Source of the DNA: Thermostichus sp. DRC_bins_24
GTDB taxonomy: Bacteria > Cyanobacteriota > Cyanobacteriia > Thermostichales > Thermostichaceae
Direction of reading: 5' to 3'
Assembly (NCBI GenBank): GCA_039794845.1
Contig: JAUQVK010000025.1
Location: forward strand, 61,197-125,196
DNA: 64,000 bases
Every line of letters begins with the position of its first letter. Positions within the stretch are counted from its first letter, which is position 1. The position numbers were made by a program, and so were the translations under genes. Positions 8,334 through 19,002 of this stretch are shown piece after piece. The notes beneath the pieces are model-generated. The model was not told where the DNA came from and made no database searches. It saw only the letters and a list, made by a program, of their open reading frames with translations.

Positions 8334-9608
8334 ATGCTCCCCAGACGCACTCGATGCAGACAGTGGTTACAGCAAGGCGGGCCCGTCGCGCTGGCGGGAC
8401 GAGGTTCTCACTTGGGTCTGTGGAAATCCCTCTGTGGGGTTTTGCTCCTGCTGGGGGGGCTCTGCCCCATCCCGTCGGGGGTTTCCGCCTTTGCCCAATC
8501 GGGCCAGCCTGTTACCAACACCCAAAGCTCTGAACCCGATTCCCAAGCCTGGCTGGAGCGCTACAACGCCGCCCTGAGCCAACTTCCCCCCCTGCCCAAT
8601 TTGCAATATCGCCAGCAGGTGCGGGTGCAGGGATCCCAAACCTTTACGGCCACTTTGGATGTGCTCTATCGCCGCGATGGCAGTTGGCAAGCTTGGGTGG
8701 CGGAAGGGGATCGCATTCGGCTGCTGGATTCCCGCCGGCTGGAGGTGGTGAACCAATCGGATTTGCTCGGGCTGTACTCGGTCTATGTGAACCGGCCAGA
8801 GGCGCTGTTGCCCTCGGTGGGCTTTAATCTGGAGGCATTGCCCAGCCGCTATCGGGTGCTCTCTTCAGAAACGGTGGATTTGGCAGGATCCCCCGCTCAA
8901 CATCTGCGCCTAGAACCTCTGCAGGAGGGCCAGTTGCGGGAGCTGTGGTTGGATCCCGAGTCGGGGTTGCCTCGGCAGGTGTTGTTGTTTCTGTCGGGGG
9001 TATGGGGCCAGGCTTACGCACTGATTGGCTTTACGGAGGTACCCGCCGAAGGGGGAGAACGCTACTGGTTGCCGGATAGCACCCGCATCAATTTGGGCTA
9101 CGGGTTTTGGACCCTAGAGGGCCTGACGCGCCGGGTGTTCCGGGGATCCCTTTCCATTCAGCACGATTACCAGGACTATCGCATTTTGCCCGCAGGGTCA
9201 CAACTGCGCTTTGTTCCCTCGCAACCGCCCGTGGACAACCTGCCGGTTGTGGCCGGCGTGGACGACCGTGCCCCACGCATCGAGTTGGGAGATGTGCAGG
9301 CTTTGGGAGTGGACGAGCAGGGCAACCAACAGTTCAGCATCGGCATTGGCGGGCGCACTTCCCCCGAGACCCGCCTAGAAGACCGCATCACCGCCTTTAA
9401 CCTAACCCGACCGGCCAGCCGCAACGTGTTAACCCAGATCGATACCCTGGCCTTTTTGCCTCTCGGCTCCGACCGGCTGCCCATCTACCTGTTTCAATTC
9501 GACACCGGCCGTCCCCTCTCACCCTTGCAAGGGGTGGAAAGCCCGCGGGTGGATCCCAACGAGGTGTTTGGCCCCAGACCGCCCGCCCTCAAACTGTTCG
9601 GAGATTGA
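8334..9608 (+). CDS. Exported hypothetical protein, possibly LolA/MucB-like fold
   Basis: Signal peptide ending SAFA; ELWLDPESGLPRQV motif typical of LolA-like folds; start uncertain. Confidence 0.5.
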   Translation: MLPRRTRCRQWLQQGGPVALAGRGSHLGLWKSLCGVLLLLGGLCPIPSGVSAFAQSGQPVTNTQSSEPDSQAWLERYNAALSQLPPLPNLQYRQQVRVQGSQTFTATLDVLYRRDGSWQAWVAEGDRIRLLDSRRLEVVNQSDLLGLYSVYVNRPEALLPSVGFNLEALPSRYRVLSSETVDLAGSPAQHLRLEPLQEGQLRELWLDPESGLPRQVLLFLSGVWGQAYALIGFTEVPAEGGERYWLPDSTRINLGYGFWTLEGLTRRVFRGSLSIQHDYQDYRILPAGSQLRFVPSQPPVDNLPVVAGVDDRAPRIELGDVQALGVDEQGNQQFSIGIGGRTSPETRLEDRITAFNLTRPASRNVLTQIDTLAFLPLGSDRLPIYLFQFDTGRPLSPLQGVESPRVDPNEVFGPRPPALKLFGD

Positions 9609-9612
9609 ACAA

Positions 9613-10095
9613 TTGAACACCCCCACGCTGACGGACGCTGCCTACGGCCTGATCCCCGTCATTCCCCCCACCCAGGGATCCCCGCGCCTGTACTTGCTCA
9701 TTCAGCATCAAAAGGGGCATTGGGCTTTCCCTAAAGGGCACAAAGATGGCTCAGAGACCGACCTAGAAGCCGCCCAACGGGAGCTCCGGGAAGAAACCGG
9801 CTTAACCGACTATCGGGTGCTCACCCTCCCCCACCCGCCCACCCCCTTGACCCTGCAGGAGGTCTACCAGTTTACCGACAAACAGGGCAACGTAATCGCC
9901 AAAACCGTCACCTACTATGTCGCCCTGTTGCCGCCCCAATCACCCCCCCCTGCTGTAGAACTGCAACCGGAAGAAGTAGCTGCCTATCGTTGGTGCTCCT
10001 ACAGCGAGGCCCTAGAGCAGATTAGCTTTGAGGAAAGCCGCCAACTGTTGCACCGTTGCCAGGCCCATCTCGATCAAATGTGCGATCAAATGTAG
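9613..10095 (+). CDS. NUDIX hydrolase (Ap4A hydrolase-like)
   Basis: GHWAFPKGHKDGSETDLEAAQRELREETGL Nudix box. Confidence 0.88.
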   Translation: MNTPTLTDAAYGLIPVIPPTQGSPRLYLLIQHQKGHWAFPKGHKDGSETDLEAAQRELREETGLTDYRVLTLPHPPTPLTLQEVYQFTDKQGNVIAKTVTYYVALLPPQSPPPAVELQPEEVAAYRWCSYSEALEQISFEESRQLLHRCQAHLDQMCDQM

Positions 10096-10397
10096 AAGAG
10101 TAGAAGAATTTTGCCATTGTTGCAAAGCCATCCGTATTTTCACGGGGAAAAAGATTGACGGCTTCGCACCTGCGTGTTAGAAGATTTGTCTAGTTTGTGT
10201 TGAGCTTGCTAGGGATCGCCCGTTGTCTTGCGCCACAGCCCTGAAGCCCCGATCTGCTGCGCGAACTTTTCATACCTGGAGTGTCCAGGGTAAAGTTTTA
10301 CTCTCAGCGCTGAAGTATTCCTTCTTGGTTATTCAGTAGATTCACAGTATTGGTCGAAGGTGTTTTTCAGGATACAGCTAAGGAGAACGACTTCAAC

Positions 10398-11657
10398 ATG
10401 ACTCCATTGATGGATTGCTCATCCGCCTTCATGAAGGTATCCGCCCATTTGTTGAAAGTCGAGCCGGTTTTCACGGGGATCGTGCAGTACCAGGATCTTT
10501 CCCTAACCCCAGCGGTGCTGAGCACCTGGTCAATTGTGCGGAGTCAGGGTCGCTTTGTGTTTGCCAGCCATAGTTTCGACCCCTTGGAGCGATTGGATCG
10601 ACATCTGCGTCGTCTCCGCCATCAGGTGCCTTCCCTCACCCGCGAGGTTTGTCTGCGCGTTCGTCGGCAAGCCGAGTCGATTCTGGCCCAAGAGGCTGGG
10701 CCTTTGCCGGCAGACTTTCTCACCTTAATCTGGATGGTGGAAGAACATCTGGTGCCCCGCGAAGCGGCCCGAAAATTAAGCGCCTGGATGAGCGAGGAAG
10801 TGCTACAAAATTTGCTCCTTTCTCCGGCTCAGAACCTGGAGCAACGGCTGATCCGCCTCGATGGGTTGCCTACCCTGGGCCAATGGGAAGTGGGATCCCT
10901 GCTCAGCCATATCCAAAAGCGGCTAGAAGCCTGGCAAAGTCTGGGGCCGCAAATTACCTCCCCTTACCAGCGGCCCTATTTCACCAGCCGTGCCCAAGCG
11001 GAGCGCCTACCCCCCGATCAGCAGGAGCACCTGAGCCAATTGCTGCGCGGGTTTAGCTTCCGTCAGTTGAGCGCCCTGATCGACCAAGATGAATTGCTGA
11101 TCGCCCGTCGCCTTTACCCCCTGATCAACGCCGGCATCATCATGCTGCGGGATCCCCAAGCCCCTTTCGACAAATTGCCCAAAACCCACCTGGCCGGCGC
11201 CACGGCCGTGCCCATGTTGACCCCCCCGCCTCAAAAGACTGCCCAACTGGCGGAAGGCCTTCGGGATCTGTGCCCTGCCACCCAGGTCACCCAAACCTGG
11301 ACAGTCGCCTGCATCGACGATAGCCAAGCCATGTTGAACGAAATCTGTCGGTTGCTGGAGGGGCAAAACCTGGTCATTCACACCATTAACGACTCTTTAA
11401 AAGCGCTGATGAAATTGACCAGTCTCAAGCCAGATTTAATCCTGCTGGATGTGGGCATGCCCAATGTCGATGGCTACCAGTTGTGTGGGTTGATTCGCAA
11501 ATATTCGGTGTTGAAGGAGGTGCCCGTGGTGATGGTGACCGGCCACAAAAGCCTCATCGATCGGGTGAAGGCGCGCATGGCCGGAGCCACCGATTATCTC
11601 ACCAAACCCTTTCAGCAGGAAGAATTGCTGCAGATCGTGTTTCGCTATCTCAGCTAG
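10398..11657 (+). CDS. PatA-family response regulator (PATAN plus REC)
   Basis: ITSPYQRPYF motif; C-terminal REC with CIDDS, ILLDVGMP and YLTKPF; AGGAG upstream of the ATG; first gene of the che operon. Confidence 0.88.
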   Translation: MTPLMDCSSAFMKVSAHLLKVEPVFTGIVQYQDLSLTPAVLSTWSIVRSQGRFVFASHSFDPLERLDRHLRRLRHQVPSLTREVCLRVRRQAESILAQEAGPLPADFLTLIWMVEEHLVPREAARKLSAWMSEEVLQNLLLSPAQNLEQRLIRLDGLPTLGQWEVGSLLSHIQKRLEAWQSLGPQITSPYQRPYFTSRAQAERLPPDQQEHLSQLLRGFSFRQLSALIDQDELLIARRLYPLINAGIIMLRDPQAPFDKLPKTHLAGATAVPMLTPPPQKTAQLAEGLRDLCPATQVTQTWTVACIDDSQAMLNEICRLLEGQNLVIHTINDSLKALMKLTSLKPDLILLDVGMPNVDGYQLCGLIRKYSVLKEVPVVMVTGHKSLIDRVKARMAGATDYLTKPFQQEELLQIVFRYLS

Positions 11658-11713
11658 GGATCCCGTCGGTTTTCGTGTTCAGACCCCTGATTTTGGAGAA
11701 GGAGTTGTCCATT

Positions 11714-12079
11714 ATGGTAACGGTGCTTGTGGTGGAAGATGTGGCTTCAGAGCGGCAGCTGATCAGCGACTATCTCAGGGCAGAGGGCTATCAAGTGGTG
11801 CCTGTGGCCAATGCACAAGAGGCGCTGCAACAGATCCGCAGCGACAAGCCGGATGTGGTTCTAACGGATTTGGTCATGGAAGGGATGAGCGGCTTGGAAC
11901 TGTGTCGCATGATCAAGAAAAATCCGGAGACCGGAAAGCTGCCGGTGGTGGCTTGCACCTCCAAAAACCAGGAATTGGATAAGTTGTGGGGAATGAAGCA
12001 GGGGGTAGATGTTTACCTCACCAAACCCTTCACCCGCGAAGAGATTTTACGCGCTATCAAATCGGTGGTGCTTAGCTAA
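11714..12079 (+). CDS. CheY-like single-domain response regulator (PilH/PixH type)
   Basis: VVED, VLTDLVM, CTSK...WGMKQG..YLTKPF. Confidence 0.9.
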   Translation: MVTVLVVEDVASERQLISDYLRAEGYQVVPVANAQEALQQIRSDKPDVVLTDLVMEGMSGLELCRMIKKNPETGKLPVVACTSKNQELDKLWGMKQGVDVYLTKPFTREEILRAIKSVVLS

Positions 12080-12105
12080 GATTTGTACTTAAATTAAGCA
12101 AAAGA

Positions 12106-12660
12106 GTGAGAATTGCTAGGGTGGCCAGTTTTCCATCACAGGCAACGGCTTCCATCGGTAAGGGCGAACTGTACTTACGGCTACAGGTGCAGGCTGGTTT
12201 ATCTGTGGTTCTGCCGATGCAGTTTGCTCAGGAGGCTTTGATCGTCAGCCCGCAGCAATTTACCCTTCTCCCCAATCAACCGGCGTGGGCGCTGGGCCTC
12301 TTTAACTATCGCAGCCGAGTGATTGGGAGTCTGGATCTGCCCCAGTTTCTTGGCAGGGATCCCTTGGATTTTGGGCTACCCGACTATCACCTTGTGGTCG
12401 TGCGCCAAGGGGCTGTGGGGCTGGGTCTGGCCGTCCCCCTGGTGAGGGGGGTTACCCGTATTTCTACGGATCCGATTCAATCCCTATCGGAGCTGGTGCT
12501 GGATTGGCCTGCATCCAGCCATGTCTTTTTCAGCGGCTACCTGTGGGATGGTGCGGAGCGGCTGTGGATCCTGGATGTAAGCACCCTCATCCTCCGGATT
12601 GTGGAGAGCATGATTCCCCAACGGCTTAGCTCCGTTTCCCGTGCCCATGCCAGCGGTTGA
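12106..12660 (+). CDS. CheW adaptor (PilI/PixI type)
   Basis: [29 protein letters not shown]; operon position. Confidence 0.85.
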   Translation: MRIARVASFPSQATASIGKGELYLRLQVQAGLSVVLPMQFAQEALIVSPQQFTLLPNQPAWALGLFNYRSRVIGSLDLPQFLGRDPLDFGLPDYHLVVVRQGAVGLGLAVPLVRGVTRISTDPIQSLSELVLDWPASSHVFFSGYLWDGAERLWILDVSTLILRIVESMIPQRLSSVSRAHASG

Positions 12661-12697
12661 TCCCCTCTATTTCTATTCAGGCAAAAAAGCTAAAGCT

Positions 12698-14929
12698 ATG
12701 GTTTACTCCCGTCGCCTTTCTCTCTCTTCCAAACTGCAGCCGCAACGCAAAGTGGCGGGTTCCCGCTTGGCCCCGGCCATTAGTCTTTCGCTGGGGTTAA
12801 GCTCACTGTTGTTTGCCATTTCTGCCGGTATGGTGGCCCGCACCTACTTCAACTTCAACCCCACCATTTCTCGGCAATTTACCCTGCAAAATCTGAGCGA
12901 TCAGGTGATCTATTTGGACGAAGTTCTGACCATGTCTGCCCGCATGGGATCCGCCACCGGGAACTTGGCCTGGGAAGAACGCTACAACATCCACGTGCCG
13001 AAACTGGACGAAGTCTTGGCGGAAATTGAGCGTTTGGATCCCGTCTCTTACGAAGCTTACGCCGCACAAACCACAGCAGCCAACATCAAGCTGGTGGACT
13101 GGGAAGTGGAGGCCTTCGACCTGATCCGGGCTGGAGAGCGGGAGCAAGCCTTTGAGATCTTGCACAGCCCCGACTACGAAGAACAAAAACGCATCTACGC
13201 CGAAGGGATCAACCAAACCATCGAGGAAATTCGCGGCAACATTCAGGCCAGTCTTATTCTTTACGAGCAGGGGCTGTTGCGCTCTTTGATCCTTTCCGGC
13301 ATCAGCTTCCCGATTTTGCTGGTGAGCTGGGCCACTATTTTGATCCTGGTGCGCAATTTTGTACGGGAACGGAACGAAACCTATGAACGACAGGCCTCCG
13401 ATACCCGCTTGGCGCAGCGGTTCGCCGATATTGCCCGTATCCGCCAGGATCAAGAGCTGATCGAGCCCCTCACCGACCTCCTGAGCGAAATCCGCCAGCG
13501 CTACGCAGCCGAACGGGTAGCCGTCTATCGGCTCACCCACCCCGAAGAAGCCCAGGTGATCGCAGAAGCCCGTGGCAGCCGCCAAAGCAGCACCCTTGGG
13601 GCCGTTGTTCACGGGATCCCAGCGCCGCTCCAGCAAACCTTGGACAACGGACAAGTTTATGCCTTCAGCCAAGTGCCCGTGGCGGAGCTGAGCGCCGACT
13701 ACCTCCAAGTGCTGGCCACGGCCCAACTGAAGGCGGAGATGGTAGCCCCGGTGATGCGCGGCGATGAGCCCTACGGCTTCTTGGGGATCGGCCGTGCCCA
13801 AAGCTACAGCTGGTCTCAAGAAGAGCAAGAAAACCTGGCGGAGTTGGCCAGCCGCCTCGGACAAGCCCTGAGCAACCTGGGAGCGCTGGAACAAAAAGCT
13901 GTGGCCGCTCAAGAACGCGAGCGGTCAGAAGCCCTGCAGCAGGAACTGTTGCAGCTGATCAACGACGTCATGGAAGCTTCTCGGGGCGACCTGACGGTAC
14001 GGGCACAGCTAACGGCGGGACAGATTGGTATTGTCGCCGACTTTTTCAACGCCATCATCGAAAGCCTGCGGGACATCGTCATCCAGGTTCAGCAGGCTGC
14101 CGGCCAGGTGAACAACTCCGTCGGCAACAACGAGGCGGCCATTCGAGAACTGGCGGATGCGGCCCTCAAGCAAGCCACCCAGATTGGCGAGACCTTGCGC
14201 TCCGTCGAACAAATGACCCTCTCCATTCAGGAGGTTGCCGACAAAGCCCAGCAGGCGGCTGCCGTCTCCGAATCCGCCGCTGCCACCGCCACCGCCAGCA
14301 GCTTGACCATGGATCGCACGGTGCAAAACATCCTGCAACTGCGAGAAACGGTCGCGGAAACCGCCAAGAAAGTCAAGCGTTTAGGCGAATCCTCCCAGCA
14401 GATTTCTAAAGTGGTGTCTTTGATCAACCAGATTGCCCTGAAAACCAACCTATTGGCGGTGAATGCCAGCATTGAGGCGGCCCGTGCAGGGGAAGAAGGT
14501 CGCGGCTTTGCGGTGGTTGCCGAAGAGGTGGGGGCACTGGCGGCTCAGTCGGCGGAGGCAACGCGAGAGATCGAGCGCATCGTCGAAGGGATCCAACGGG
14601 AAACCGGCGAAGTGGTGCAGGCGATGGAAACCGGCACCAGTCAAGTGGTGGAGGGAACCCGCCTGGTGGAGGATGCCAAACAAAGCCTGGGACAAATCGT
14701 GGAGGTATCGCGACAGGTGAACCAACTGTTCCAGGCTATCGCCCAATCCACCGACTCCCAGGCGGATGCCTCGCAAATGGTGCGGCAACTGATGGAGCAG
14801 ATCGCCAGCATTGCCACCCACACTTCGGAAGCCTCGCAACGGGTGGCCAACTCTCTACAGGACACCGTGGCCATTGCCCGCCAGCTGCAAACCTCGGTAT
14901 CCACCTTCAAGGTGGGGGAGGCCATCTGA
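12698..14929 (+). CDS. Methyl-accepting chemotaxis protein: TM, periplasmic sensor, TM, GAF, signalling domain
   Basis: Two hydrophobic segments, a GAF domain, and the [29 protein letters not shown] hairpin tip. Confidence 0.92.
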   Translation: MVYSRRLSLSSKLQPQRKVAGSRLAPAISLSLGLSSLLFAISAGMVARTYFNFNPTISRQFTLQNLSDQVIYLDEVLTMSARMGSATGNLAWEERYNIHVPKLDEVLAEIERLDPVSYEAYAAQTTAANIKLVDWEVEAFDLIRAGEREQAFEILHSPDYEEQKRIYAEGINQTIEEIRGNIQASLILYEQGLLRSLILSGISFPILLVSWATILILVRNFVRERNETYERQASDTRLAQRFADIARIRQDQELIEPLTDLLSEIRQRYAAERVAVYRLTHPEEAQVIAEARGSRQSSTLGAVVHGIPAPLQQTLDNGQVYAFSQVPVAELSADYLQVLATAQLKAEMVAPVMRGDEPYGFLGIGRAQSYSWSQEEQENLAELASRLGQALSNLGALEQKAVAAQERERSEALQQELLQLINDVMEASRGDLTVRAQLTAGQIGIVADFFNAIIESLRDIVIQVQQAAGQVNNSVGNNEAAIRELADAALKQATQIGETLRSVEQMTLSIQEVADKAQQAAAVSESAAATATASSLTMDRTVQNILQLRETVAETAKKVKRLGESSQQISKVVSLINQIALKTNLLAVNASIEAARAGEEGRGFAVVAEEVGALAAQSAEATREIERIVEGIQRETGEVVQAMETGTSQVVEGTRLVEDAKQSLGQIVEVSRQVNQLFQAIAQSTDSQADASQMVRQLMEQIASIATHTSEASQRVANSLQDTVAIARQLQTSVSTFKVGEAI

Positions 14930-14930
14930 A

Positions 14931-17717
14931 ATGTCACCCAATCTCACGCCACCCCAAGTTCGTGACGGTGAATGGGAGGTGAGGCTTCAGTTTCTCGGCG
15001 AGGCTCAAACCTATTTCGACAGCATCGAAGCGGGGGTGCTGGGGCTGGCCGACCAGGGGTTGGAGCGAGGCCGTATCGATCGCATTCTGCGGGCAGCTCA
15101 CTCGGTCAAAGGCGGCTCAGCCATGATGGGCTTCCCGGTACTCAGCGACTTGGCCCACCGGCTGGAGGACTGCTTCAAGATCCTACAGGTGGAGCCCCAA
15201 AAGGCCAGCCCCACCGTGGAACGCGCCATCCTGGCAGCCTTGGATTGCATGCGCCAGATCGCCCAGCGACACCGGCAGCGGCAACCCCTGGAGGAAGCCT
15301 GGCTGGCGGAACAGGTGCAGCCGATTTTCGACCGCCTGAAGCAGCAGTTGGGAGAGTGGCAATCCAAAGATACGGCCCATCTGCTTGCGGCAGAAGCCGG
15401 CGGGGATATTCGGGTGCTGATGTTTGAAACCGAGGTCGATGCCTGCCTGCAGCGGCTGGAGGGGGTTTTGGCCCACCCGGAACAGCCCTGTCTGCGGGAG
15501 GAATTTCTCATCGCCAGCCAGGAGTTGGGGGCCTTGGGGGAGATGCTGGATCTGCCCGCCTTCGCCACCCTCTGCGGATCTCTGTCCCGAGAGTTGGAAG
15601 CCACCCCCGTAGAAGCCAAAGCGCAAGTTCTGCAGTTGGCCCAAGCGGCGCTCGAGGTGTGGCGACGGTCTCAGGCTTTGGTGGTGATCGGACGGTTGGA
15701 TCTGCTGCCCACCACCTGGGATCCCGCTCCTCAAGCGTCTATTCAACCTGCCCCATCTGCGCAACTGACCGCCCCGACCCCAGCCACAACAGAGCCTCCC
15801 CCCACCTCCCCAGAGGGCATGATGCGGGTACCCGCTCGCCCACTAGAACAGCTGGGGGAACTGTTTGGGGAGTTGACCACCGAGCGCAACGGTCTGAATG
15901 GCCACCTGCAACGGCTGAGAGACCTGGTGAGTTTGCTCAAACGGCGGGTGCGCACTCTAGAGGAGACCAACAGTCGCCTGCGCAGCAGCTACGACCGCGT
16001 CGCCACCGGCTCCGCCAAGGTTTGCCGCCCTGCCGGACTAGATGAGACCACAGAGGGCAGGGATCCCTTGCAAGCCAGCCTGTTTCCCAGGGAATTTGAT
16101 CTGCTGGAGATGGATCGCTACGGGGAAATGCACCTACTGGCCCAAGAGGTGATGGAAACCGTCGTCCAGATCGATGAGGTGACCGGCGATATTGACACCG
16201 CCCTACAGGAGACGGAAGGCACAGCCCGACAGCTCACCCGCACCTCCCGGCAAATGCAAACCCGCCTCACCCAAGTGCGAATGCAGCCCCTGTCGGATCT
16301 GACGGATCGCTTTCCTCGCGCCTTGCGGGAGATGAGCTTGACCCATGGCAAAGGGGTGGAGTTGCGGGTCATCGGCGGATCTACCCTAATCGAGCGCTCC
16401 ATCCTGGAGATTTTGGCGGATCCCTTGTTGCATTTGATTCGGAATGCCTTCGACCACGGCATTGAGGACCCCAAAACCCGTCTAGCCCAGGGCAAACCCG
16501 CCAAAGGCCTGATCGAAATTACCGCTGCCCACCGAGGCAACCGCACCTTTCTCACAGTGCGGGACGATGGCGCTGGGATCCGCTTGGACAAAATTCGTGC
16601 CCGTGCTTTACAAATGGGCTTCCCGGAATCGGACCTAGCCGCCGCCACTTCCCAGGAACTGCTGGAGCTGATCTTCGAACCGGGGTTTAGTACCGCCCCT
16701 CAAGTGACCGATCTGTCTGGGCGGGGTGTGGGGATGGACGTGGTGCGCACCAACCTGGAACAGGTGGGCGGTCGTGTGCAGGTGGAGTCCTGGCCGGGGG
16801 AGGGAACCCGCTTCACCCTGACGCTGCCTCTTTCTCTAACGGTGACTCGGGTTCTGCTGACGGAATGTCATGGCTTGATGCTGGCTTTTCCGGCCAATGC
16901 GGTGGAAGAGCTGCTCATCCCCCCCGAGCTGTCCACCTCTGAACTGCCTTCCTCTTTTGTTTGGGAAGATCACCAGGTTCCTCTCATACCGCTGGGGCAA
17001 TGGTTTCACTTTGCCCGACCCCAACAACATCCCGAGATCGAAGACACTCCGACCCTTGATCAGCCCACCGTGCTGCTGGTGGTGGAGGGTAACCAACCCT
17101 TTGGCCTGCTGGTGGATCGCTACTGGCGAGAGCAGGAAGTCACTCTGCGCCCTGTGGAAGAGGGGCTGCCCCTACCGCCTGGGTTTTCCAGCTGTACGAT
17201 CTTGGCGGATGGACGGATCGTCCCTCTGGTGGATATCCCGGAGCTGCTCCGCTGGGTCCAAGCCAATCCGCCACGGTCGCACCCCTCACCGGATGAGCCC
17301 TTATCTCGGTCTGCTCATCACCCCACAACCCTCTTGGTGGTGGAAGACTCGGTAAATGTGCGGCGATTCCTGGCCATGACGTTGGAAAAAGCAGGGTTCC
17401 GCGTCGAACAAGCCCGCGACGGACAAGAGGCCCTCGAACACCTCCAGAGCGGGATCCCAATCCAAGCGGTGATCAGCGACATCGAAATGCCCCGCCTAGA
17501 TGGCTTCGGCCTGTTGGCCCAGATTCGCTCCCACCCCCTGCACAATCGCCTGCCGGTGATTATGCTCACTTCCCGCAGCGGCGACAAACACCGGCAACTG
17601 GCCCAGAGGCTGGGGGCAACGGGCTATTTCTCCAAGCCCTTTCAGGAACAGGAGCTAATTCAGTCGCTGCGGCAACTGCTCCAACCGGATCCCCCTGCTG
17701 TGCTGGCAGCGAGGTGA
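14931..17717 (+). CDS. CheA-type hybrid histidine kinase (Hpt, HATPase, CheW, REC)
   Basis: RAAHSVKGG Hpt, HLIRNAFDHGIE, DDGAGI, SGRGVGMDVV and a C-terminal REC. Confidence 0.93.
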   Translation: MSPNLTPPQVRDGEWEVRLQFLGEAQTYFDSIEAGVLGLADQGLERGRIDRILRAAHSVKGGSAMMGFPVLSDLAHRLEDCFKILQVEPQKASPTVERAILAALDCMRQIAQRHRQRQPLEEAWLAEQVQPIFDRLKQQLGEWQSKDTAHLLAAEAGGDIRVLMFETEVDACLQRLEGVLAHPEQPCLREEFLIASQELGALGEMLDLPAFATLCGSLSRELEATPVEAKAQVLQLAQAALEVWRRSQALVVIGRLDLLPTTWDPAPQASIQPAPSAQLTAPTPATTEPPPTSPEGMMRVPARPLEQLGELFGELTTERNGLNGHLQRLRDLVSLLKRRVRTLEETNSRLRSSYDRVATGSAKVCRPAGLDETTEGRDPLQASLFPREFDLLEMDRYGEMHLLAQEVMETVVQIDEVTGDIDTALQETEGTARQLTRTSRQMQTRLTQVRMQPLSDLTDRFPRALREMSLTHGKGVELRVIGGSTLIERSILEILADPLLHLIRNAFDHGIEDPKTRLAQGKPAKGLIEITAAHRGNRTFLTVRDDGAGIRLDKIRARALQMGFPESDLAAATSQELLELIFEPGFSTAPQVTDLSGRGVGMDVVRTNLEQVGGRVQVESWPGEGTRFTLTLPLSLTVTRVLLTECHGLMLAFPANAVEELLIPPELSTSELPSSFVWEDHQVPLIPLGQWFHFARPQQHPEIEDTPTLDQPTVLLVVEGNQPFGLLVDRYWREQEVTLRPVEEGLPLPPGFSSCTILADGRIVPLVDIPELLRWVQANPPRSHPSPDEPLSRSAHHPTTLLVVEDSVNVRRFLAMTLEKAGFRVEQARDGQEALEHLQSGIPIQAVISDIEMPRLDGFGLLAQIRSHPLHNRLPVIMLTSRSGDKHRQLAQRLGATGYFSKPFQEQELIQSLRQLLQPDPPAVLAAR

Positions 17718-17720
17718 CCC

Positions 17721-18248
17721 ATGCCTCTACTTTCTCCCCTGCGCTCCCGACGTCTGGCTCAGCAGGAGCATCTGAAAAATCAACAGACCTTGATCACCTT
17801 CCAACTGGGATCCCATCGTGTTGGCAGGGCGGAGCCCTTTAACTTCGGGTTGCCAATCCTGTGGGCAAAGCGGGTTTTGGCTTGGCAAGACCTTCAAGCG
17901 GGTCATGGCAACTCATCCATTCGCCTGGGGCCTTCCCACCGTTCTGAAACTTCAGAGCGTTCCATCCCACTTCTGGATACGGGTCGTCTCTTGCTGGGCA
18001 AACCCCTCCTCTTTCAGCCCCAAGCCCTGATCCTCCTACAGCCGCCGGGCCAAGAGGAGGTTGGCCTGCCCATCCCTACCCAACCGATGTTGCGTCGTCT
18101 GTCCTTGGCTCAGATTCAGGCTGTTCCCAGCAGCCATGCCGCTCAAGCTCGCCAGCGGGGCATTGTGCAGTGGGTACCTGCCGCTGGGGGGGTTCCCCAT
18201 CTGTTTTTGCTCGACCCAGACTTGTGGTTTGCCCAAAACAAGCCTTAA
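17721..18248 (+). CDS. Divergent CheW-like protein
   Basis: Last gene of the che operon; SPLRSRR N-terminus, LITFQLG...FGLPI, IPLLD and FLLDP typical of cyanobacterial second CheW proteins. Confidence 0.65.
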   Translation: MPLLSPLRSRRLAQQEHLKNQQTLITFQLGSHRVGRAEPFNFGLPILWAKRVLAWQDLQAGHGNSSIRLGPSHRSETSERSIPLLDTGRLLLGKPLLFQPQALILLQPPGQEEVGLPIPTQPMLRRLSLAQIQAVPSSHAAQARQRGIVQWVPAAGGVPHLFLLDPDLWFAQNKP

Positions 18249-18282
18249 ACGGTGAACGGGGCAAGCCCGCTCAGATCTGTCG

Positions 18283-19002
18283 TCAGGGACGAAGCTCAGG
18301 GATCTCCAAGTCAGGGTTCTCAATGCGCATCAACTCCCAGCGGTAGGGGTTGCCGCCGGGGCGCTGCCAATAAAACTGAAACGGTTGCTCCAACGCATTT
18401 ACCTGATCCCGAGTTAGGTTGGCCAGGGGGCCGCCGGATCCCTCGATCACAAACCAAACGGTAGCCCGACCACTGTTGTCTGGGCTGATCTGCACCTGTA
18501 GCTCCTGCGGCTGGATGCGGAGGCGAAAAAATTGGCCAAAAATCTGCTGACCATAGGAAAGCGCCGTCTGCTTATCAAACCCCCAGTCATCGGCGTAAGC
18601 CTCTGAAAACAAAGACTCCACCCGTTCCCAATGGCGTCCCTCTACCGCCCGCAACAAGGTTTCGGTGTGAGCGCGTACCTGGCGTTCCGGCTGCCCATAT
18701 TGCCAGAAAGCGCCCAGCCCAATCGCCACGACAACGGATCCCACCAGGCCCCAGCGGATCCAGGGGGAAAGCGGAGGGCTCTGGCGAGCAGAGCTTGACG
18801 AGGCACCAGAAGAGGGCGGCAAGGGATCCCTTTCCTCAAAAGACGAACCTACTCTCCACCTTAAACGCAGCGGGCCATCGCTTGGCAGAACCCTGCAGGA
18901 GTAGAGAGCATCGATTCTTGATTTTTCAGCTTTCGGGGAACTGGATGTGAGAAGATCAACATCCAGCCCTGCGCACTCCAACGCACAACCTTGATCGGTC
19001 AT
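18283..19002 (-). CDS. Membrane-anchored hypothetical protein, NTF2-like; true start probably well downstream of 19002
   Basis: TM segment [17 protein letters not shown] followed by [13 protein letters not shown] and a beta-rich C-terminus; N-terminal extension doubtful. Confidence 0.5.
   Translation of the reverse strand: MTDQGCALECAGLDVDLLTSSSPKAEKSRIDALYSCRVLPSDGPLRLRWRVGSSFEERDPLPPSSGASSSSARQSPPLSPWIRWGLVGSVVVAIGLGAFWQYGQPERQVRAHTETLLRAVEGRHWERVESLFSEAYADDWGFDKQTALSYGQQIFGQFFRLRIQPQELQVQISPDNSGRATVWFVIEGSGGPLANLTRDQVNALEQPFQFYWQRPGGNPYRWELMRIENPDLEIPELRP

Noticed and set aside
12803..13912. Long antisense ORFs (369 aa here; also 25258-26061, 28460-29269, 56357-57232 and others)
   Set aside because: They are shadow or alternate frames of well-supported genes in GC-rich DNA and show no recognisable motifs.
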